From: Ministeria vibrans ATCC 50519
Taxonomy: Eukaryota; Protista; Filasterea
DNA: 64,000 nucleotides
Assembly (NCBI GenBank): GCA_943704425.1
Contig: CALSCP010001345.1
Span: 74,567 to 138,566 of the forward strand
Direction of reading: 5' to 3'
Part shown: one piece after another, positions 49,905 through 64,000 of the stretch
Layout of the letters: each line of letters begins with the position of its first letter
How positions within the stretch are numbered: the stretch's first letter is position 1
Program-made: the position numbers and the translations under genes
The notes under the pieces: generated by a model
Seen by the model: the letters and a program-made list of their open reading frames with translations, nothing else
What the model was told of the DNA's origin: nothing
Database searches by the model: none

Positions 49905-50214
49905 GGAGAGAGAGGGAGAGAGAGATGTGTGTAAATAGAAGTGGGTCATCATTCATCCAAATGTGGAAGAAGTTAAGTTATGGTCAACTCACCTTGTACA
50001 AGTCGTATTTGATGGCGGTATTCATGCGATAACCTTGTGTGGAGGTTCTCGCGTACTTTTTGTTGTAGGCGGCTGCTGGCATTTTGCGCTCCTCAATCCA
50101 GTACTTTTTGTGGAGGGCGAGAAATTCGTTTTTCAAGGTTCTTTCAGACCGGCGGGGCTTGAATCTCGAGTGCTCCATTATTTCCATAGAGCCGTTTGAT
50201 TGGTTGTCATTCAT
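45066..50214 (-). CDS. Large dynamin-superfamily GTPase (NUGGC/SLIP-GC-like), ~1,646 aa
   Basis: Exon 1 50214-49993, intron GTGAGT..CAG, exon 2 49784-45066. G1 GENGAGKS, G2 ASTTRCPI, G3 LVDAPGCND, then a long helical region. Basic C-terminus KKKKARV. Confidence 0.8.
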
Positions 50215-50602
50215 TGTACGATCTCAACGGAAATCAAAATCGACCTGAGAAACAGTTTTTTGGTTGAGCCAACGAAAAGTTAGACCACTTTGCAAAAACA
50301 GACGATTCACAGAAGTGATGCCTGTGATGGAGTCGAATGAGTGTTCGATTGTCTATTTGACTTTGACACGTGACTTTGTCACTTGTGGGATAACGCAGTG
50401 AAGCAATGCGAGGTGGTGGGAGTGATGGGAGTGTGAAGTTTGCGTAAAAATGGAAGATGGATATGTAGAGTGTATTGTGTAATAAACTAATAGACACTAT
50501 CAGCGGATGAATGACTTACAAGAGAGTGAAGAGAGTGGATGAAGAGAGAAGAAGAATAAAAGTGGTGAATTTAAAATTCAATTGTCGACTTTTATAGTTT
50601 TT

Positions 50603-50725
50603 CACATTGTCACATCGTCACATCATCACATCGTCACATCGTCACATCGTCACATCGTCACATCGTCACATCGTCACATCGTCACAGCGTCACATCGTCA
50701 CATCGTCACATCGTCACATCGTCAC
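50603..50725. repeat. Tandem octamer (CACATCGT) x ~15
   Basis: Directly visible; three units carry single substitutions. Confidence 0.97.
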
Positions 50726-51409
50726 CAATCCTGTGTCATCTTTTGATGGGAGTACATGTTATTGATTTTTGAGTGGTACATGGTGAAAGGAAAGGAAATG
50801 AGGTGCTCGTTGAGCGAGACCCCAAGTTTCTTTTCTGAATCGTTTCTTACATTTTCTTTCGTTTCAGTAATGTGAAGGGAGATGACGGTCGAGTCGCAAC
50901 GTGTGAAGGACTTCAGGTGGATTGACGGAGCGTCAATGGGGAGTGTTGGATCGAAGCTGGGACGACGCGACGCGCAATGGCAGGCAAAATTTTGCGTTTG
51001 TGTTCCGTATGTGTCAGCGTGTTCTTACCTTAGCTATCTACGGGTTGTACACAAATTCACTTTCACAGCTAGGAAATGCTTGGTGGAAAGTTGTAGCTGA
51101 CAGGCTTGGAGGGATCTTAATTCTTGCGGGAATGTATCGTGCGTCTCGCGTAAGAAAAGAAGAGCCAGCTTCGAGCCAGCCTCAACAGTCCAATTTCTGC
51201 AGTTTGAATGCGCTTCAACAGCCGCACGCAGTCGCTACGTCTTGCTGATAGTTTCAGGGTGCACACCAATGTGCAGGAGCAGCGGGGCTTTTGATTTTGT
51301 GGTAATTGTTTATATATAAGGGCTGCAGCGAACTTGACTTGTGGTTTGGGTCCCAGTTCGCGATTGTGTTTGTATTCGCACGTATCAAAAACGAAAAAAT
51401 TTCAATAGA

Positions 51410-52739
51410 TTATTTTTGACTCAGAGCACTGTTGAACAAACTCTCACTCGTGGTCTGTTGCTGGTAACCGGCTAATCGCAACATGGCGGGCAGAGTTTCG
51501 TCGAGTTTCTTTACGAAACCGTAGGGTTTGTAGTTTTGCTCTGTGACATCGCTTTCCTGTAGCGGTTCGGTGTCGAGCGTTGTCGACGGCGTCTCGGAAG
51601 TGGAGGGATTCTGCTGCGCGGAGCAGTTGCGAATATTATTCCTCATGCTGCTCATCCGGCGCTCGTCCATGTCGTCGAAGATGTCGACCGTATTCTCGTC
51701 AGCCAAAACGGCTTCCCATATGGTTCCCCTTTTGTAGCTCTCGTACAAATCGTTCTTAAGGAGTTCGTCTTGCGTTTCGCTGGTGAGCGTGTCGCTTGAC
51801 CCAGCATGCACACGTGGTGTGGTTGCAGTAGTTGTGTTGGTGGTGGTGGTTGAGGATGCGGGGGAGGGTGACGGGTCATAGGTAGAAGTGCTCTCCAAGT
51901 CGACGCGCACCCGCACCGCACGTGTGTACTCTTCGCATTCCGAGTCGTCATCATCGTCCTGTGCACAGAATGAATAAACAAAAGAATGATTCGGTGTTTT
52001 TTCACTTTTTTGCTTTAAATATACTCATAGCAGGGTCTTATATAAGTCTTATATTTGGTTTTTGCTCTATATTCTGTAACTTTGTACCTCGCGAGCTCGT
52101 TTGCAATTGACTGAGCGGTTCTGTGGGTCGATTCCATCGCTGCGATTGGGCTTGCCAATGGGACTAGTCAATGACGCTGCCTCGGATGGAGCACCTGTGA
52201 ATGAAGCGCCCAAATATAAAAATAAATAAAAGAGTGGAAATTATCATAGATAAAAACAAGATGAAAATACGTGGTGATAATTACTCCATACCTTGGACTG
52301 ACATGTATGGTGGTGATGTTGAAGCGGGAGCAAACTTCGTCGTCGGCGTGTTATCTCCAGGGAAGATAACAATCGACGTCTCTCGGGTGTTGAGGAGCTT
52401 GAAGGAGAATTTGTAAAGCGCCCCTGCAGCTGTCTTCTGCATCACTTTCAAAACTTTCTCGTTTGCTTCAACCAAGATTGCACTCTTGCTCTTGTTTTCA
52501 CCGAGAAGTTTTTCGATGCCCTCCGCCGGCTCGTGACCGTAACGGGAAAGGTGTTCTCGGTTCAGACGATGATTACCAGGCGACAGGCGGTCCAACACGG
52601 CGTTTTTAGGGAGACGTTGGCGAGTTTCTTTCAGCTCGCTAATTATCCCTTCGAGAAATGCGATGGTGGTGCACTCGATCAAAGGACTCCCACGCTTCAT
52701 TTGGACAAAGACTGTTTTGATCTCTTTAGTCTCTGGCAT
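51410..52739 (-). CDS. Orphan protein (~370 aa, three exons; start may lie further upstream)
   Basis: ORF 52739-52292 splices (phase 1) to GAPSEAASL...KRARE, then (phase 0) to DDDDDSECEEY..VRVRVDLES...SQK*. Phases are consistent. No family recognised. Confidence 0.6.
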
Positions 52740-52862
52740 TGTGGTGTTCTACACAGACGCGGAACAATTAAGTGTAAGTTAAAAAAAACTGAAGAAGAAG
52801 AATACAATTAAAAAAAACTGAAGGAAAAAACTGAATAAACTTTAAAAAAAACTGAATAAACT

Positions 52863-52894
<32 letters not shown>

Positions 52895-54301
52895 CCTGTC
52901 GGGTACATCGACACTTCATCGACACCAAGGGGTGTTGTTCAATTATATAAATGTTCCCACTCAAACTGCGACTTTGAAAAAAATTGGGATTTTTTTTGTG
53001 AGAGGGGTGACAAAGAGTTCTGTCGAGATGCTCGGGGTGCGTCGCAGCTTGCGACAAGACTTATTTCTTGCGAGGTCCGTTTTTTTAATCTCTTCTTTCG
53101 AAGGTAGAAGAAGAATTAGCAACTGTGAGACGGATTCTTTCGATCACAGAGTGGGAACATAATTCTTGGAATCCACGGCGGCGAGCGGCGGGCAGCAACA
53201 TTGGCGGAAGAGGCGCGTTGTAACCCAGTGTATGATTTTTTTCGTTTTTGGCGCCAAACGGAGAAACGCATTTTCTCTCGGCAGAAGTGCTCTCAAACGC
53301 TTACATGAGGGGAAATGCTCCGACGAAGCGTTTGACAAAGTATTTCTTTTGCAAGAGCAGAAAAAACTGAAGAAGAATAAGAAAATACTGATCACATTCA
53401 CCTTTTCAATTGTGTTACTTATGACTCCACCCTAACGAGCGAATTTATATAATAAAAAAATCCCTGCCCCACCCTGCGCTATTGCAAACCTTGAAGTTCG
53501 AGACAAAATCGAGGAACCCTGCCATTAAGAGTTAAGACAGCAAGTCGACACTGGACTGGAGGGAGAGGAGTCAGAGGAGACCCTCTCGCTGTGTTCCTAG
53601 GTAGCGAAAAATGATTCTCGACGCGCTTCAAACGCGCTGGTGCAAAGTCAACATTTCTCGTCCAATCGCCATACAAGCAACCTGTCTGTGAAGGTATAAT
53701 GCTACAAATTGTTGTGGCGACGTTTGAAAGGCATTTCGGAGAAGGTGTGCGAGGAGAGAGGGGTGAAACGCAAACGAGACGTTTTCGTTCAATCCACTCG
53801 CTCCTGTGCAAATCTGCAAAGTACAGACGTTCCCTTCTCCCGTCAAAATAGGGGCTAGCTGCACCGGGTACTGGGTATCTGATAGTAGGTCAAAGTAAGG
53901 TCAATGAGGGCGTTCTTTTCGACACTGAAAAACGACACTCACTGCTCGACCCGTTCAGAGATTCTCCTTTCCCAATTCCCACAGGGCATGTATCAATACG
54001 AATTTGATCGCTGTAGGACCGAGCAAAGAGCGATGAAGGGGCGAAAGTGAGTCGGGAAGTCGGCGGTGATGCAGCTGTCACTGGTATTGTCCTGTGGTTG
54101 TTTTCGATCGTTTCAAGCAACTCTTTGTCGAACAGTTTTCAAAAATCCACTTTTCGTCAATTTCGTCTGTGATATTGTATTAATTCGATGTTTATATTTC
54201 ATTCATTTATTTTCTTTTCTGATTGGTTTCAATAAGAAATAAACCCATGATTGTGCTGTACACAATGCCAAAACTGAAACACGGCGATTTATTAACACCT
54301 T

Positions 54302-54439
54302 CGCGCTCACGGCGGTGGGTCTGCGGTGTTGTGACCGAGTGCGTCCACTACATACTGGTGAAGAACATAAAGATCAAGAGGCAGCTGAGCAGGAAAGCCC
54401 TCCAGCACGACACGAACACGACACCACCGTAGCAGATGT
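54302..54439. repeat. Direct repeat copy 2; end of a probably degenerate minus-strand ORF
   Basis: Matches 44657-44783 with a short insertion. Both copies read EGFPAQLPLDLYVLH(E/Q)YVVDALGHNTADPPP* on the - strand. Confidence 0.95.
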
Positions 54440-55582
54440 TCTTGTGCCTGATCGAGTGGAGGTTGTCGTATAGCGCGACGGGTGCGCCAACAACCAGCGC
54501 AATGTCGCCTTGATGTGTATGTCGCGGTTCGCGTTACGCGCTCGACCTCGTCCTGCACCTCGCCAAGGGCCGCCAGACGCCATCCTGTTTGCTGTGGTGT
54601 GGTGTCCGGTTGGCGAAGCACAACAGCGTACGGCGAAATGGTCAGATTGCCTTCCTCAACGTTGTTGATGGCGCGTCGGACCAAATCGAGACGCGTTTTA
54701 TCTGCGTCGCGACACGAACAAAAGAACGACGAATCAGGGCACTGCTAATACCTACTGTCCGTGTGCGTACCAGTGGCACGCTAGGGTGCTTCGCTGCCAG
54801 CCGCAGCCGACGCCATTGTGACTGGAGTGTTTTGTGTGTCGGAACAAAGATAAAACAAACAAAGTAAGACACAATAATTATATAATCAAAAGCACAACTG
54901 ACCTCGAGAGAGCGCAGTGTGTCCTTCTGATTGGTACGCCGGATTGAACACGATCGTCATGTAATACTTGGCGTCGGCCCATGGCTCCTCTTCGTCAGCA
55001 GTGTGTGTTGCGACTGTCTCATATCAAAGACGGAAAAAAACGAGACAAATGCAAAGTGTTCAGTGAGGAGAAAAGACATTTGACAAACATTACTGTCGTC
55101 GCACGGATATGGTGGCTGAACAGTACAAATGGGCACTGTGTAGCCTGGCGACAGGCGTCGTTCGTCCAACGAGCTGCTATCGACGGATTCCTAGAGAGTG
55201 TTTTGTGTCGAGCTTCAATTTCTTCTGTTCTTGTGAGAAGAACGCCGTTGAGTTTGCTTTCGAGGTGGAGACGGCACGGGAGAGACACTCCGGCTGAGAC
55301 GCGTGGTCGTCCGTTGGCAACGACATGACTGGAGCAATGAAAATTCGCTGAAATTCACTGTTCACTGTGATGTAACTTTATCAATGATCACTCTGGGGAA
55401 GAGGTCTCATGAACTTTACTCGATGGGATATATGTATGTCTGTATGTCTGTGTGTTTGTGTGTCTTAGTGTCTGTCTCTCTCGGCTATTTACTCGTTGGT
55501 TTAGACTTTCTGCTTAGAGAGATCGTACTCAAAGACTCAATTCAGTCAATGTTTTGTTTTTCCTTTTTGGCTTTATATCACC

Positions 55583-60369
<4,787 letters not shown>

Positions 60370-60510
60370 TTATCAGTATGCTTTGTTTTCGATTCATTTT
60401 GCTTTCAACAATGAATACTGTTTTATCGTCCTGTTGCTTTTTGTTCCCTTTTCTCATTTAATAAAATTATTATTATTAAGTATTATTATTATTCAACCTT
60501 TCATCTTTAT

Positions 60511-61948
<1,438 letters not shown>

Positions 61949-62326
61949 ACAAAAGAGTGTCATTAGTGATTAGTATTTAGTCAAGTCTGAACTCAGCAAA
62001 ATTTTAATGATTATTTTCATGAGACTAGACTGCAACAGATTAATAATGCTTACCCGAGAGTCAAATTGTACATTAAGTCATAAGAAGGGTTAAATCAAAG
62101 AGAGTGAGAGAGAGAGGTAAATGACACAAAGACACATTATGTGAGTGTAAAAGTGTGCGTGAGTCATCATTCAATGAGTAGTGAGTCAACGAACGACCAA
62201 TGAGGCGATGGCCACTCCAGCTCAAAACAAACGAAAAAAAATTCCAATAATAAATTAATATTATTAATAATTTTATTATTTAATTTTTATTAATGATACA
62301 AAAAACATACAGATCTCGAGTGTCGT

Positions 62327-62933
62327 TTACTTTTTGCGCTTTTGAGGGACACACAAGTGATCGATGGCAATGGCAATGAGCACAAAGAGAAGCGAGTCGT
62401 TGCCCTGGCCCACCTGCACGCCATACTCTTCGTCCTGCTCAACCTGCCAGTGCCTTCGCGACACCACCCCGACCAGCTCGCCAGAGCGGTTGCAGATGTG
62501 GTATTCCCGCTCGCTCAGCTGTCCGCTCATGGTGAATTCTTGTTTGCCGTTGGTCAGTCGTGCGACCGCAGATACACTCGTGCCTACACTTGGGTGCAAG
62601 GTGAGCCATGTTGGAACGTGAGGGGAAAGGGGTGCACTATTCCCATGCACTTGCTCGGTTACCGTGTCCCTTCACCAGCCCAAAGATGGAGTGCGGCTCT
62701 TTCTTGCCCGCCTCAAATATCTTCTCCCACTTGACCATAGAGCACAGCTCGTTGCCGCGCGCATCCTCCAGAGCGACCCTCTCCAGTTTGCTGAGCAGAC
62801 CCTTTCTGCGCAATACAATGCGAATTTCAAGACTGTCGTGCTCATTCGTCAGCACCAGCGGGGCAGTGCCATGCACCAGAAGCCCCTGTCGAAGGGGAAG
62901 GCGCCAGACGGTGTGCCGGTGGGCAATGTAGCT

Positions 62934-62968
<35 letters not shown>

Positions 62969-63230
62969 TCAAAACAGGCGGAATTTGACGTGTGCCTTCG
63001 TACGGCGTATTTGGGTCGGGAACGAGCGAAAACCGTGTGTTGTGTTGGGCCACAGGTAGCGTGGTGGGTGCTGCGTCGGACTCCATGAGACGCAGAGCCC
63101 CAGCGGCGTCGAGAGCTCCGCGTTTCCGATGTTCCGTCGCCATGGTTGCCATCGACGGCGCCTCGTCGTAGTCGCCCTCGTCATCGACGCCCGTCCCCTG
63201 CCCTGTCAAGTCTAAATGGTCTGCATCCAT
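62327..63230 (-). CDS. LURP-one-related / Tubby C 2 (scramblase-like fold) protein
   Basis: Spliced. Motifs VALEDARGNELCSM, FTMSGQLSEREYHI..GELVGVVSR and EYGVQVGQGNDSLLFVLIAIAID. Confidence 0.78.
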
Positions 63231-63566
63231 TTTGAGGGTGATGGATATGTAAAAAATTAAAAAAAATGTGGAAAAATTCAATGGCAAAGAGAGAATATCA
63301 AAAAAAAAAGATTATTGTGTCAGGTAGGTGAGTCATCTTGTCTGATGATTCGTATGTCAGACATTTAGTGAGAGATATGGAATTGAGGATCACTGTTGTA
63401 TCGGACATGTTAAGGTCATGAGACACAATAGGAATAATAGTACGTCTTTACTTTATGTTTGATGATTTCATGGGAATTTTATTGCGTGTCTGGTTCTGAA
63501 AGTTTCGTTTTACTCTTATAACTTATTGTCCTCTCGCATAATAATCTTGGTATAGGACTGATATTA

Positions 63567-64000
63567 TTATGATAATACAACGGACAAATCAGCAGTCACA
63601 TTTGGAGGAAACTCAGCGGAGGATAATGATTGGTTGGAATCATCAGATAGTGTGGGAAACACCGTGAGCGACGCAATGCGAGTGAGATGAGCGGGCAATG
63701 CAACTGACTCCACAAATGCACCGTTCATCTTTTTCCCCTTTTTTCGTCGCTTTGATTTTTCCGATTCTTCCGCTGAGTCTTTTGAGTGGAGCGGATGAAT
63801 AGTCAGAGTGTGTGTGCGATAAAGTGTGATGGGAATTCCATCGCTCAGTGCAATGTGAAGCGGACGAGCTGCACTGAATGGGACAGAAAGCAGTGCGTTG
63901 AACGGAACACAGAATGTTTGTGTGTCACTCTGCTCCGTCTTTGACGCACTGTTCTTCTTCTTTGAGATCTTTTTTGGCTTAAGCAGCGCAGGAGGACCTT
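63567..64000 (-). CDS. 3' end of a gene running off the window, unknown product
   Basis: About 143 open codons (GPPAALLKPKK...TADLSVVLS*) with exon-like composition. Confidence 0.5.
   Translation of the reverse strand, partial: GPPALLKPKKISKKKNSASKTEQSDTQTFCVPFNALLSVPFSAARPLHIALSDGIPITLYRTHTLTIHPLHSKDSAEESEKSKRRKKGKKMNGAFVESVALPAHLTRIASLTVFPTLSDDSNQSLSSAEFPPNVTADLSVVLS

Noticed and set aside
50603-50725. CRISPR array (also considered for the 72-nt and 75-nt repeats)
   Set aside because: There are no unique spacers and no cas genes, and the context is eukaryotic.
44657-54439. LTR retrotransposon
   Set aside because: The repeats are short, lack TG..CA ends, PBS/PPT and a TSD, and no gag, RT or integrase lies between them.
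52900-55400. Short ORFs in the right half of the accessory region
   Set aside because: They are fragmentary, with no coherent gene model or recognisable domain; probably decayed sequence.

Overview
Eukaryotic nuclear DNA from a draft assembly (four N-gaps). Exons are GC-rich. Spliceosomal introns are short (about 33-470 nt), AT-rich and full of microsatellites. The standard genetic code fits, and genes are densely packed, often head-to-head. I see no rRNA, tRNA, CRISPR array or recognisable transposase. Manual splicing gives about 22 protein-coding genes: CFAP96/C4orf47, a WCA-type actin nucleation-promoting factor, a DDHD phospholipase A1, a SPATA22-like OB-fold protein, a secreted EGF + FG-GAP protein, a PB1-MEKK2/3 kinase, DUF302, a secreted DUF285/BspA-like protein, XXYLT1, a tropinone-reductase-like SDR, a ~4,360-aa spectrin/alpha-actinin-family giant, a triple zinc-finger-repeat protein, NEDD8, a large dynamin-like (NUGGC/SLIP-GC-like) GTPase, a myristoylated five-CNB-domain protein, TIP30/HTATIP2, a LURP-one/Tub_2 protein and several orphans. 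The content suggests a flagellated unicellular eukaryote with an animal-like toolkit, plausibly obazoan or holozoan (inference only). Three highlights: (1) one polypeptide joins a beta-spectrin/alpha-actinin actin-binding head, a ~30-repeat rod and an alpha-spectrin-like EF-hand end. (2) Two otherwise unrelated secreted proteins share an N-terminal cubilin-like module and the same phase-2 intron but carry different cargo domains. (3) A ~9.8-kb accessory region between direct repeats carries a dynamin-like GTPase. All family assignments come from recalled motifs; no database search was run.
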